A stretch of DNA of 64,000 nt from Gnetum montanum (taxonomy: Eukaryota; Plantae; Gnetophyta), in contig MNCI01001457.1 of the NCBI GenBank assembly GCA_015680685.1, positions 77,201 through 141,200 on the forward strand, read 5' to 3'. Position 1 is the stretch's first letter. Each line of letters opens with the position of its first letter. The notes below the pieces were generated by a model. The model was given only the letters and a program-made list of their open reading frames with translations, searched no databases and was not told the DNA's origin. A program made the translations under genes and the position numbers. Of the stretch, positions 50,636 through 63,531 are shown piece by piece.

Positions 50636-52556
50636 CTGTACGCTGGGCATGTATAGGCCAATGTACAGGATGCATACTTAGTGAAAACCAAGTATTTTGA
50701 GCTCAAGATTTATCAAGTTTGATGCCAGATGTCATTGTAGTCTTCTGTGGGTCCCAAGGAATCATTTCTTGTTGAGTTCAACTCTGCTTGAAGCTGTCTA
50801 TGAGGCCCTCAAGCTCCAGTCATGCTGGGGAGCATCATGACTTAGCTCGATTCTTGTTGGAGAAGTACTAAGCTCAAAATTTTGTGGTGTTTCATTGGTT
50901 CCTCTTTGTTGACACTTGGAGGAATCGACCCGAGAAGCATTGACAAAGAAGTATAAAACACCACAAGCAACTTAGTAGCATTGTCCTTCGACACTTGGCC
51001 GGATGTCATCGCACCGTGTTCAGTAGTACATGGGATTGGGGGAAATGAAGTTTGTAGTTGGATAGAGAAATGAAAATTGTGAGGATTGGGACCTGATCAA
51101 GGGATTGTGCATGGTAAAGGGGATTCTTTGGTGTGTATATGGGTCATGCTAATCCTTGTCAATAGTCATTGTTTAGCAGACTCGAAATCAAGACATGAGA
51201 TGTGGGTCCTTTGGCGGAACAAGACTCTTGTTTAGTGTTTAAGAGGACTTGTTGGCCGCGTGATGGTGGGTTGTGTTCTCTAGAGGAACAGGCCCCTTGT
51301 TTGGTGTTAAAGAGAACCTGTTGGTGGAGAGCCAAAGCTACACAACAAGATGTTACTTGATCTTTTGAGATATGAATATTTGTTTCCAAGACAACTGTCT
51401 TCCCACCTGAGGCTTTTGGGAAGTGCCAAGGGTCTTGTGGTTCATTTTGCTCTTTGCTCTTTACTCTTTTCTTTTTCTTTGCTTTTTTTTCTTCTCTTTT
51501 TTTTTGTATCTCTTTTTTTGTTTCTTTTTTCTTTTTTTTTGTTTCTTCTTTTTTTATCTCTTTGTTTTTGGGAAAGAGCTTTCTTTCAATTTTGCACTCA
51601 TGCTCATGTGTCATATTGTGTGTTGCAGTTGCTTGAGAGTGTCGCAGCGTGTAATAGTGTGCTCAAAGTTTTGGGGTGTACTAGGTGTATCTGGGAACTG
51701 TAATAGGGTAGGAAAGGGAATAAGAGTGTTGGAGAAATGGAGAATGTATTGGGAACTGGGAATGTACTTTTGAATAGATTGATTAACCTGGTTGCGTGCG
51801 TCAGAAACAATGTGGCACCTTGTCACCATGATGAAGTGTATCCTGCAAACACAACTCCAAGAAGACAAGAAAATCACAAGTGAATGAGTTAGCGAACACT
51901 TCAAGCATGAATGTGACTGATGCAAATGGAGGCACCATATGAGACTTAAGGCAAATAGAATGAGCAGCAATAGTGTTGTCAGAGCTGGTGTGAGGAATGA
52001 TGCAGCAGGCATTGATGAAGAAATGTCATGAATTACAGCAGCAGATGAATGTCCTAGAAATGATCTGGCCAATTTATAGTGTTAGCAGACTATCGTGGGT
52101 TAGTTTTACATCATAACCTGTTGGATGTTGCCAGTTTATCATCGTAGCGGACGATACGATGCTAGTTTATAGTCGTAGCGGACTATGAAGAGGCAAGCTA
52201 GTTTATAGTCTTAGCAGACTCTGGTGAATGAGTGTGACAATTTATTGTCATGTAAGATAGAGCTCTATGGTTTTGATTTACCGTCATGATGCCAGGACAT
52301 TCTATGGTATTAGTTTTAAGTCATGATGCCAGGACTAGTCTGTGTGGATGCATGCGTGTGCGTCTGTATGATCCTATAAACAAAAGCTACTAGAGAAAAC
52401 AATATTAAATAGAAACGATAGAAAACATAAATTGAAATGCACCAATAAATAGAAAATAATGTGAACCGGTGGTAGTTTAAGGCCTTTTTGGGCCATGGTT
52501 TAGTTTAAGGCCTTTTCGAGCCATGAGAGAACGCGTAAGCTAATACAATACAAACT

Positions 52557-55500
52557 AAGGTGACGTATGCACAACGAACAAAGGTGAAGAGTGGGTGGAG
52601 ATCAGACATGTCTTTGGCCGCAGGGGAGTCTTGATTATGCGGTTGTCTCTTAGTTGGACATGGTCTAGGAGGCGTGCTAATTTGCTTTGGAAGGCTTTCA
52701 GTTTTTGCCCCTCATTCGGGCATTTTAGCTTTAAGTGTTGTGTTTATTGTTGTGGGTGTTGCTTCAAGAGGGTCCTCTTTCAAGACCTATGACATGTCTA
52801 TGTTGTGGTCAGCTTGAAAGGGAGTGTTGTCACCATGTATAATGACTTGTCCACCTTCGTATGGAAGGTGGATTTCTTGATGTATCGGTGAGGAAACAGC
52901 TCATTGTTGTGCTAGCCAAGGTCTACCAAGAATCATGTTGAAACTGGGCATCTTTTCTATGATAGTGAATTCCATGCTGGTGTGGAATTGTTCTCCTGCC
53001 ACAAAGGATAAGTTGATTGTGCCTTTAACTGTGACACATGATCCATTGAAAGATTTTAAACACGTGGGTTCTATTGGCATGATCTCATCTGCCATGCCTA
53101 GTTTGTCGATGACAGAGTATAGAACTACGTTTGTTGCCGCACCATCATCAACGTGCACTCTGCGAATGGTACATTGCTTGACATGTACACTAATCGATAA
53201 TGGAGCTGTTGTGACTTCCCCTTGTTCAGGGTTACATTTAACTACATCATCATGAAAGGCTAAGGTGTTTGAACCCAATCCTTGTGGTGTGTGTTGTGAA
53301 ATCGTTGCATGGATGGATTCCATGTTAGCAGGGATGTCCTCTGTAACAAGAATGGATGTTAACGTTTGCGCTAAGGCTTCGCGATGAGCTGATGATGTCA
53401 TGACCAAATTGTACAAGCTCATGGTTATGTTCTTTTGTTTGAGCGTTTGTTTCTCTTGGGCCAGTGTAGCTACAAAGTCTATGTTGTCTGCCATTGTATT
53501 GGTTGCCTCTGTATGGGTTGAGGGCTTGGGCCTGGTTTGTTTGGGAATAGGGGTAGGGCCCCCAGTGTTTAGTTGTTGTATACTAGATGTGTCCTTTGTT
53601 TCAGCTATGGGTGTTATTCGTTGTTCATTTATCCTCTTCTGCTGCCATTTGGTAGGCTTATCCGTGTTGTTGGCAAGGTTGACTCTTGAGGGAGGAGAGG
53701 TTGAGACGTTTCCTACGGTTGGGCTCAGGGTAAGTGAGGGGCAATCATGTGGTGGCACTTTTATGACAAATGGGAGTTTATGAGGTGTTGTTGTTGTTTG
53801 ACTAGCCTGTTGTGGAACCTTGATAACGAAAGGTTTCTTTGCTATTGTCGTTGGTGCAACATGCCAGTTTAACATCTTAGCGGACGACTGTGGTGGTACT
53901 TTGACCACAAAGGGTGTCTTCGGTGCTTGGGATTGCATTGAATCTTGCTAGTTTAATGTCTTAGAGAATGTATGAGGTGGTGGTACCTTGACCATGAAAG
54001 GTGTCGTCGGTGCTCTAGGTGGCACCTCGGTGATGATGGGAGGTCTCTTGCTCATAGAGGTAGAGGGGATCATTGCCTTGCTGGGAGGCGCACGGATCAC
54101 AAAAGGTTGCTGCACAGGTTTAGGCTTACTATCTATTCCAATGGAGTTTATGACATAGGGGGCATCGTCTATGCTCGGTTGATTCAGGGTGTTGATATTT
54201 AGTTGGCCCCATTCTATCATTGCTTGTAGATCATCCTGTAACGTATGACAGTTGTCAATATTGTAACCGAACATCTGGTGGTAGTGATAGAATTGATCTA
54301 ATTTGAAGTGTCGTGGGACCAGGGGCTCATTTGGTGCTGCTAAAGTGGGGTTCCTCAGTAGCTCATAGTAACTATCGTGTCTTCAACAGGTATTTTTCGT
54401 TACTTGTGTCTATTGGATTTGCCCAGTTCTAAGGAGTTTCTCTAGTATTTTAGAGGGTCGCGTGTGTAGCAGCGTATACTTAGAGCTATCCTTGTGCTGA
54501 TAGTTGGGCCTTGGGGTGGCCCTTGTTGTTGCAGGTGGGTTGGTACTAGTGTTTGTTGTTTTTGTGCCTGCGGCTACAGTTTCCATTGTTGTCTATTGTT
54601 TGGCAACATGTTGGTTCTTGTAAGCCACATAGGCGAGGTCATTGCTAGTTTGCGCAACTTGTTCAATGTTCTTGATCTGTGTGAACGCTTGGCTCAACGT
54701 TTGAGTGCTTAGATAGTACAGTTTTGACTTAATGAAGTCATTCATGGCTCCCTTTAGAATCGTAAGCAAATACTTTTCAGGGATGGACTCATGAAGTTTG
54801 TTAAAGGCTGCACTCCATCGTTGGATGAACTTTTGCATAGGCTCAAGTGGTGCTTGTTTCACTTGTATCAGACTGTCTAGTGTGGCTTTAGGCTTGAGGT
54901 TGTACTTAAACTAGGTAACGAACTGATGTAACAGATCCTCTAGAGAGGATATGGAGTTACGAGGCAAGGCTTGGTACCAATCTAAGGCTACACCCATTAA
55001 GGACATAGCGAACACTCGCAAGATTGTGTGGGGCCAAGCTTGAAGCAATAGAGTTTTTGATAGCAATGTGACTAAGTGAGCATTTGGATCTCCCTTCCCG
55101 TTGTACTTGGTTAACTGTGGGAGTGTGATTCCCTTGGGTAAAGCTAACGATGGCACTGAAGAGCTAATTGGATCGTCATGGTAGAAATCCAGTACTTTAA
55201 CTTGTTTAGTGTTGGTAGCTTTGAGTTGCTTTACCTCATCAGCTAATGCTTGCATCATCTATTGTGCTTCTACCCACTCTTGAGTGGTAGGAAGATTAGT
55301 TGGTTGGGGAGATTGTTGGGTTGTCATTTGTTGCTGTGGAGTAATGTTTAGAGTTGTGGTTGTGGGGTGTGGCACGTTGAAGTGAGTGGGTTATTGAACA
55401 AGGGGTATGGTTCCTTGCCTAGCCACAAACTATGAAATGATACCCTGGATGTGCAGGGCTAATGTAGTGAAAGTGGCCCCATACGTTTGCATGTGCGGTA

Positions 55501-55966
55501 TCTACTGGGTGGAGATGGGGGTGAGCAATCTCTGTTGGGATACTGGTGCTTGTGTGCTCGTTGACACTTGGTGAGTGGTTGTCTATCCCATGCGAGGATG
55601 GAGTGTTGGGTTCATGTAGGCATGGGGATTGAGGGTGTGGTATGAATCCTCAGGTTCAGATTGTGCCTCGAAGTTATCTACATCATGTTGATTTTGAGGC
55701 TCCTCATTGGGTCGCCGTGTGTTTTGACTCCTTGCCAGAAGGAGCTGGGAGATGAGCCTACGATGAGGATCAGAAAGGGGGATGATGTCATATACAAAGA
55801 AGACGAATTCATGACCTCCCATGTATATGCGCTCGAAGTCTCGTTTTGCCTCCTGTTCTATGGTTTCCAAAGGAAGGTTGGCCTGAATCTTCACATAGAT
55901 AAAGTTGTATTGTTCCTGTGTGAGGATTATGAAGGTGTGTGCATTAGAGGTCTGGGATGACTCCAT
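52557..55966 (-). pseudogene. gag: gag-protease polyprotein of the Tat/Ogre-like element, single frame with premature stops
   Basis: ORFs 55583-56056, 54911-55258, 54593-54862, 53948-54274 and 52901-53938 are all in one frame. Gag 'KYNGKGDPNAHL..FAMSLMGVALDWYQALPRNSISS'; decayed knuckle 'YHQMFGYNIDNCHTLQDDLQAMIEWG'; protease 'IRRVHVDDGAATNVV' and 'FNMILGRPWL'. Confidence 0.9.
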
Positions 55967-56319
55967 GGTGATGTGTGATGGGGCAGCATATGAGCTAGAC
56001 AACAAGTGCTGAGTGTGTTTCGGGCTAAGTGTGCAGAGTGTCCGACGTGTGTACATTGAAAATTTTTCTAAGTGTCTAGCGTGTACAACATAAATGGGAG
56101 AAAATTTGGCTAAGTATGAAATTATGAACAGTAGTCGTACGTGGATGGCGATCTCGGGTAAGAGGAAGTCATCTTGAAATCGTTATGTTGTGTGTATTGT
56201 ATACCTTGGACAAGGTGATCCATGTTGATGGCTGTTAGTACTTAGACCAGTTTGAAGTAGGTGCGAATCACAGCAAATTCGGCTTTGAAACAGATGCATA
56301 TTGTGTGTTTTTGTTGAAA

Positions 56320-56437
56320 AAACACTATAGCGGTACTATAGCAGCATAAACACTATAGCAGCGTAAACCCTGTAGCAGTGTAGACACTGTAGCAGCGTAA
56401 ATACTGTAGCAGCGTAAACACTGTAGCAGCATAAACC
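56320..56437. repeat. 17-bp tandem array (TAAACACTGTAGCAGCG), about 6 units, in 5' leader
   Basis: Directly visible between the PBS and the gag start. Confidence 0.85.
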
Positions 56438-56493
56438 TTATGTTTGAACAGGTAACGTGATCAGCTTTTTGATTAAACAAAAAACAAGTCAGG

Positions 56494-56510
56494 CCCTCCT
56501 TCTAGCGCCA
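56494..56510 (-). promoter_or_regulatory. Primer-binding site, Tat-clade type (TGGCGCTAGAAGGAGGG)
   Basis: Begins 5 nt from the LTR end with TGG. Cognate tRNA not assigned. Confidence 0.75.
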
Positions 56511-56515
56511 TTTTC

Positions 56516-58183
56516 TGTACTGTTCGAAATCATTGGTCTTTGGCTGGAATGAAATAGAAACCAGGAGATCCTTGGACAAGCACAGAAGACCCTACCTTCG
56601 CTTGAGGGCAAGCTGAAATTAACGAAGGCAGAGTACCTCGAATGGTCCGCACGCGGATCAGATAAGGATTTCCCTGAACATACACCATTATTCTATACGC
56701 TGGGTTATACATAAACGGTGTAACTAATGTCAAATGAAGCGTAAACATACAAGAACTTAAACAATAAGCATATAATAATGAATGAAAACTGTAACCAATC
56801 TTAGCAAAAGAAATGTGGTAATATTATTGAGAAACTAAAAGTTACAATGCACCGGTCTAACGTAGTTGTGAATCTGACACAAGGCGGACGAAGAGCCCTG
56901 GTGAATGCAAGGGTGTGACAGCATGCTGGTTCAGATTGCAGGCATAGCGTAGAGGCTGTATGTTCAGCGTGCAGGGTTGAGGTCCAATGTATAGGTTTTG
57001 TTTTGCTCTTGTTTCTCAGCGTCTTGGGCCCTTTTTTGTCTTTCATTTGCTCTCAAATTGCCCCCCTGATCTAGTGAAAAATTTGGGTTTTTATGAGATC
57101 TTGGACATTAGATTTGGATCTGGAAGGAGATGAGTGGCTATAAGGTGAGAAAAATTCAGATTGGGAGACAGGTGGTGCATTGACCGAGTGCAGGATATGT
57201 TACAACTGTATAGCGTGCTGCATGCCAGTGTACAGGATGCCAGCGTATAACATGCCAGCGTACAACATGCCAACGTACAGGATGTCAGCATACAAGATGC
57301 CAGTGTACAGGATGCCAGCGTACAGCATGCCAGTGTATAGGATGCCAGCGTACACCATGCCAGCGTATAGGATGCCAGTGTACAACATGCCAGCGTACAG
57401 CATGCCAACGTACACCAAAAATGTACCCAGCGTACACACATGAAAATGCTTTATGTTAAGGTCAAAACTTGATTTTCAGGTGCCTGTGATGATGCCCAAC
57501 AGTTTCCCTACCTCCAGGAGTTAATTTCAGGTGAAAATCTCACTGTTTGGTGTCTGTTTTGGGTTGTTTCTGGTGGTGTACACTAGGTGCATGCTGGGCG
57601 TGTACGCAGCGTACACGCTGGGCGTACAGGAATGAAAGTCCATCATTTGGAGCCCAAAATTTGATTTTCAAGTGCCTGAGAGCTATTGGGGGCCTTGGTG
57701 AAGGTCCTGGGGGGTCCAGGTGCTTAATTCTGGCATGTTTTGACTCATTTTTGGGGCCCAAAAGTTGTTGTACGCTGGGCGTACAGGAATGAAAGACCAT
57801 CATTTAGAGCCCAAAATTTGATTTTCAAGTGCCTAAGAGCTACTGGGGACCTTAGGGAAGGTCTTGGGGGGTCCAGATGCTCAATTCTAGCATGTTTTGA
57901 CTCGTTTTTGGGGCCCAAAAGTTGATGTACGCTGGGCATGTATAGGCCAGCGTATAGGATGCATACTTAGTGAAAACCAAGTATTTTGAGCTCAAGATTT
58001 GCCAAGTTTGATGCCAGATGTCATTGTAGTCTTCTGTGGGTCCCAGGGAACCGTTTCTTGTTGAGTTCGACTCTGCTTGAAGCTGTCTGTGAGGCCCTCA
58101 AGCTCCAGTCATTCTAGTGAGCATCATGACTTAGCTCGATTCTTGTTGGAGAAGTACTAAGCTCAAAATTTTGTGGTGTTTCA
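56516..58183 (-). repeat. 5' LTR (1668 bp) of Tat/Ogre-like element
   Basis: TG..CA termini, adjacent PBS, aligns with 49253-50894. Confidence 0.93.
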
Positions 58184-58188
58184 AAGGG

Positions 58189-61100
58189 TGCATCCTTCTT
58201 TGTGAGTTCCACAAGCAATTTTGCTATCTTTAAAACATTTTCTATGAATCTTCTATAATATCTTGTGTGGCCTAAGAATGATCTCACATCTTTCATTGTC
58301 TGTGGCCTTTGAGTGATATTTTTTATGACTCTAATATTTTTAGATCTACCTCAATACCTTTCTATAATATTTTATGTCCTAACACTATACCATCCTGGAC
58401 CATGAGATGGCTTTTCTACCAGTTGAGCTTAAGATTGGTTTCAATACATATTTTCAATACATGCTCCAACTAGTCCATTGCTTACTCAAAATCCAACCCA
58501 TATGTCAAGAAATAATCCATAAATACTTTTATTTAATTTCCAATTTGCTTCTAGAAGATGCTAAGCACAAGTATATGGAAGGTGGCTGGTGCATTGCAAA
58601 GACCAAAAGGCATCTACTTGTAGACAAATGTTCCTCATGGACTAATGAATGTTATTTTCTCTTGGTCTTTAGGTGTAATGTAGATCTAATCATATCCATT
58701 GTATCAATCCAAATAAGTATAATGTTCATGTCCTGTGATGGTATTTAGGAATTGATCAACAAATGGTAGAGGAAAGTGATCCTTGAATGTAGCAATGTTC
58801 AACATTTGGAAGTTAATGCAAACTTTCCATTTTTCCTCCTTCTTTAGAATAATCACTAAAGAACTAATTAATTCACTATCCACAATAGGATAGATGAATC
58901 TTGCCTTTAGCAATTTCTCCAACTCTTGCTTGACTACTTCTTTTAGTTTTAGATTGAGCCTTCATTGGGGTTAGCATTGTGGTTTGATTGTAAGATTAGT
59001 ATCTATCTGTTGTTAATAAATTCTTGGATCAATTTCCATGATCTCATTGTAAGACCACACAAATGTAGCAAGCCATCTATTAATCACTTCCAACAACTTC
59101 TGCTTTTATTCTTCATTCAAATTAGCTTTGATTATTACTAGCTTCTTATTATTTAAAAATTTATATTCCAATGTTGTTAGTAGGGCCTTCAATTCCAATG
59201 GTTATGGTTCCATAGTGTCTAAAATCTCAGTTTGTCCCCACTCTATCTCTTCTTCTTGATTTTTTTGTGGGTAGAAGTGCTTTCCATTAATTGTTGTAAC
59301 TTATTAGTCTCTTCAACATAGGCACTAACAATTTTTTCTTTTGGTTCCATGTATTTATTGAGTTCAATCTCTTCATTTGTGATTAGCCACTGGGTGCCTT
59401 CCTGTGGTCTGGTTGCTGCGTACAAACACTTCTACACACATATTTCTTTTATAAATTTGTCACATGCCTTGATATCCTCTCATATGATAGCCCATATTAT
59501 TTGTACACAATTACATCCATTATCACCATACACAATACATGGAACTCTCCGTCTTTGTATAATAATGGCTTTATCTTCCTTGGAAATCTCCAAGGACAAG
59601 TCATGAATTTCGAGCTTAGCATCAACAGTGCTAAGCCAAGCTCTTCCGATAATAATTGGAAATTCTTCCTTATTTTTTTCCACATGAATAAGAATAACTA
59701 AAAAATCTATAGGGTAAGACTAGTCAGTGATGATTGTAATCACATCATCCACTTGTCCTAGTGGAATTGTGATAAACTAGTCTGCAAGTTCTAACTGGAT
59801 GTTACTTTTCTTTAGCAATAGTAGTTCTAGGCTTGATACATGTCTTGTGAGATTAGGTTCACTCCTAACCCATAATCAAGTAGATATTTTCATGATTTTT
59901 TCCTTCCTATCTAGAGGCAAACTAAGGGACTTCCTAGATTAGTTGACTTTTGCAAAAGGAATCTTGCCTTTATCCAATGTGTGATTGTCTAAGTAAGCAT
60001 GAAAGTTATGACATTTGGATTTGATGAAGATAGAAGCTTATTGTGTTGAAGAGTATTGGATGTGGATAGAATAAAAGTAGATGTGCTTTCCATCTGTTGA
60101 ATCTTTTCAAAACTCATTCAAAAGAAAAATAATCTCCTAGGTTATGATTTGTATGTGATCATCTCCTCTTATGTACTAACCATCCTTCTTTTGCTCTTCT
60201 ATTGTAGTTGTGATGGCAGTTCCCCCTGCATGAAAAGAGGTATCATGAGTGGTAAAAACATTCAGGTGTTGATTTGAACTAGCTATTGATGGATGCATTT
60301 ATTAGTTTGGATTTATTCTTGGCAATGTCAGTCTGTGGTACTGAGTTGGGTAGTATTATGAATTTTAGACGATAGTGTTACCTAAAGAGATTGTATGTTG
60401 TACAAAATATGCATATGGATCTGGCTGTCTATACATATATTGTTGGCAAGGTGGTGGCATGACCCATGATGGGGATTGTTTCCATTAATGGTAGTACTAC
60501 TCTTGTGACTATGGCAAAGCTCCACTGGGATAGTATGTTGGTTGGGAGTTATGCCCATAGTTACCTTGAGAATAAGGTAACCTTCTGGACATTTGTTTCT
60601 TAACAAATTTAGGACTAAATGCATATGCCTCCATTTCCTATAAATGTGCCATTACTAGACAACATCAATTGGAATGTCCATACTAACACATGACACATCC
60701 TTCCTCATCAATGGAGTTGGTGTCTGAACACAACCATTGAAGCCACTTTACCCTTTCATCCAAAATATTTTTTCTTTTTCTTATCATTGCCTTTTCCAAA
60801 GGCTTGCTTTGTTCTCTCTTTCACAACCTTCAATGCTATTGTAAATTTTTCATACATTGAGTTCCACATTTTCTCTACCTTTGCTACAATATCTATTATA
60901 GTTTTTTGAATTGGTAGGGTTTTCTTTTGAATTTCCTATTCCAAGGTTTCTTCCTCTTAAGTTTCATAGACTCGTGCATCTCTTTTCCTGATGGATGGAT
61001 CTCTATTATACTCTTCTATTGATTATCTCTTCCTTTGCCACTTGGTCAATCAATCTCTAAATTCGATGGGTAGTCATTTCAAATAATTTTCCTTAGGCAT

Positions 61101-62230
61101 AAATCCCAAGGATCTCTTTGGTCTTGTTTCATAACCCATCTACAATGTGCCTTAACTAGTCATGTTGTGAGAATCCATGGCTTGGGCATCTATGTAATAG
61201 TGAATAGTACCTACCCATTTCCACATCAAGGGTTTCATGAGTTCCTTACTTCCATCCTTGGATTTTTTTCCTTAAATTAGACACTCATGAGTAGGTTTAG
61301 TATTCATCATTGAAGATCTCTAGCATAATACTCCATCTCTTGATCAATTTAGGTTCAAGTAATATGTACCAGCTCTCAGCCTCTTTCACAAGTGTTTGTG
61401 GGAATAACTTCAACTTCTACTAATTACTTTCAATGTTTTGTAGGGTCCAAGCATCATGGAACGCTTGGAGGTGGTGTTGTGGATTAGCATTATAACCACC
61501 CTTAAATCTTGGCATGTTAGTCATATCAAACCATTTGATATAGCTATCTCTCACATGCCTGGCTGGGATATGTATAGCAACTTGTTGATCATGCTACAAG
61601 TTTCCATTAGGGATTCATCATCGTGATTGGATTCATGTGCTCTATTGTAGTGGTATCACTTTCTGTGCTCATACCTTTCTTGATCCTCTCTTCGATCCCT
61701 ACATCTTCTTCATTCATAACCTTCATCTTCCCCATCTAAATGCCTTGGGTAATAGTCATGGTGATCATGAGCCTTTCTCTCATTCCTATCATGGTCTTGG
61801 TGCCTTAGTCTCCTCTTGTCAAAGTCCACTGACGATAGTGAGGATGAGGATGAGGCAATAGGAGAACGATGTTGGCTTGTCCTCCTTTCATGACTTTGGT
61901 ATTCTCCTCTATAGGATTTGACAGAAACTCTTGTCCTTGAGTCTTACTTATATTTTGAGTCAATAGCCTCCCTCTTAAATGTCATTGTTAGGGTGAAATT
62001 CAGTTGAGCTTTGACATGTTCCTCAAGTCTAATGATGGGTATTTTTGAAGGCTCTTCATGATTTTGATAGAGTTGTTATATAGTAAATGCATCAACATCG
62101 ATCTTTCAAAGATAATGGAAGTGTTAACCTGCTTCCCTTTGTTATGTACATGTTTGATCTCCATGATAGCATCTCTCCTCATTTGCTCTTTTGTGGGTTC
62201 ATAGGGCCTTATCATGTGCTTATTCACATG
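58189..62230 (-). pseudogene. pol: gag, protease and RT of element D, decayed
   Basis: 'DVRSFLGHTRYYRRFIE..LTKKDAPF' up to the TSD; 'WKVCINFQMLNIATFKDHFPLPFVDQ'; protease 'LLDYGLGVNLIS' (~59882-59848) and 'FPIIIGRAWLSTVDA'; knuckle 'CVMC*YGHSN*CC' (~60697-60659); gag 'MTNMPRFKGGYNANPQHHLQAFHDA' (~61524-61450). Confidence 0.9.
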
Positions 62231-62597
62231 ATACCCTTCTTGTATTTAGTTCAAATTCATTTTCCTTAAGGCAATTTGGAGCATGTTAAGTACTACATGA
62301 TCTAGAGGTAGGACTATGTTGCCTTGTATATCTCTCCATCTCATTTGACTATCCCAATGAAAGATGAAAATAAAATTTGGCTAATAAGGATCAACATGAG
62401 CATATGTGATTCTTGTTTACATTGGCATCCTTCATTCTTCTTCATTACTAATTCTATCATTGCCTCGTTCTGTCTCTTTGGCAAGTGATGATCTATCCAT
62501 GTTTAAAGCCATGTTGTGGTTTAACATGTTTGATTAAGTGTGCTTAATTATTTAGGTTATGAATTTTAACTTTGAGTTCTAATACAATAAAATTTGT

Positions 62598-63531
62598 TGA
62601 TGAGTCACAGTTTGGTTGGCTACATCGATGAGGCCTCATCGACACAGCCTCATCAACTAGGCCTTATCAACGAGGCCTCATCGATGCATCATATCATGTG
62701 TCGATGAGGCCTTGTCAACATAGTATCTGTATTTAGCTATAAATACATGTCCACTAGTTGCATTTATGGCAACAGAGATTTAGTAGCAATGAAGCTCTTA
62801 CAGTTTGTTCATTTGAAAGTCAGAATTTTTCCCTCGAGTTCCCACAACAAGAGTCATTAAGTGTACAGATATTTATTCAAGCATTATTGTACCTAAGAAC
62901 AATAGTGTGTGTGGCAATAAAGATGAAATTTTTGATAAACCTTGCAATATTCTAGATAGATTAAATATTTTATTTATGAATTTAATGTTTTCAATTATTT
63001 ATTAATATTTTCAATTATTTATTAAATATTTTCTAGTAATTAAGTTAATGAAGAAATTAAGAAAGATAGATTAAACACATAAGTATGATCGCTTCGAGCA
63101 TAACACGTATTTTCTTGGTAACCCCAGCAACGTTATTGCTTGGTACACCCAGTAGCATAGCGCTTGGTAACCCAGTAATGGATACATGGGTTTAGGACGT
63201 GTATGGAAAGTGGGACCATATGCTTATGTTAGGACTAGTTAAACACTAGTTAATTAGTTAATTTAAATTAGTTAATCCAATTACTTTTATCTTCATTTAA
63301 ACACCAAACCATAAAATACAAAATGATAAAAATTAGATGCCTCAATTATACTTAACCATACCAATGTACATCACAAGTGTAATTGGGAATATAATGGTTG
63401 ACTTAAGGCAAAGATTCACTTCCTAGAAGACTAGTGCACTAGAAACTACAAAGTTTGTAGAATTTAACTAGATTGTGTCTGAATGCTTGTGATTCATGTG
63501 GTTGTGCATAGGGGTACCTTGCCGCTCATCA
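62598..63531 (+). mobile_element. Solo LTR (934 bp, Athila-like family)
   Basis: Inverted termini TGATGAG...CTCATCA with perfect TSD TTTGT (62593-62597, 63532-63536). TATA-like CTATAAATA at ~62738. Confidence 0.92.

Larger units (their letters stand above)
49253..50894 (-). repeat. 3' LTR (1642 bp) of Tat/Ogre-like element
   Basis: Aligns end to end with 56516-58183. Confidence 0.93.
49253..58183 (-). mobile_element. Non-autonomous Tat/Ogre-like Ty3/gypsy element (gag + protease only), nested in RT-RNase H linker of element D
   Basis: Perfect TSD AAGGG (49248-49252, 58184-58188). TG..CA LTRs 49253-50894 and 56516-58183. PBS (minus TGGCGCTAGAAGGAGGG) 56494-56510. PPT (minus AAAGAGGAACCAA) 50895-50907. 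No RT, RH or INT motifs in the 5.6-kb interior. Confidence 0.93.
40509..62590 (-). mobile_element. Element D: Athila-like Ty3/gypsy element with nested insertions; 5' LTR not seen in window
   Basis: 3' LTR 40509-41388, PPT (minus CAGTTAGTCATGGGGGTA) 41389-41406, ORF2 41572-44318, INT/RNase H 46500-49247, RT/PR/gag 58189-62230. The reading frame resumes across both nested insertions. Confidence 0.88.

Noticed and set aside
51159-51810. Lys-rich and Phe-rich ORFs
   Set aside because: They arise from a low-complexity T-rich tract (51460-51570) in the 3' non-coding region.
52935-55960. Plus-strand ORFs antisense to the Tat/Ogre gag-protease
   Set aside because: They are shadow ORFs of the coding strand with no independent motif.
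55583-56056. Separate Ogre-type ORF1 upstream of gag
   Set aside because: It is in the same frame as gag and separated only by point stops, so it is more simply the Gag N-terminus.
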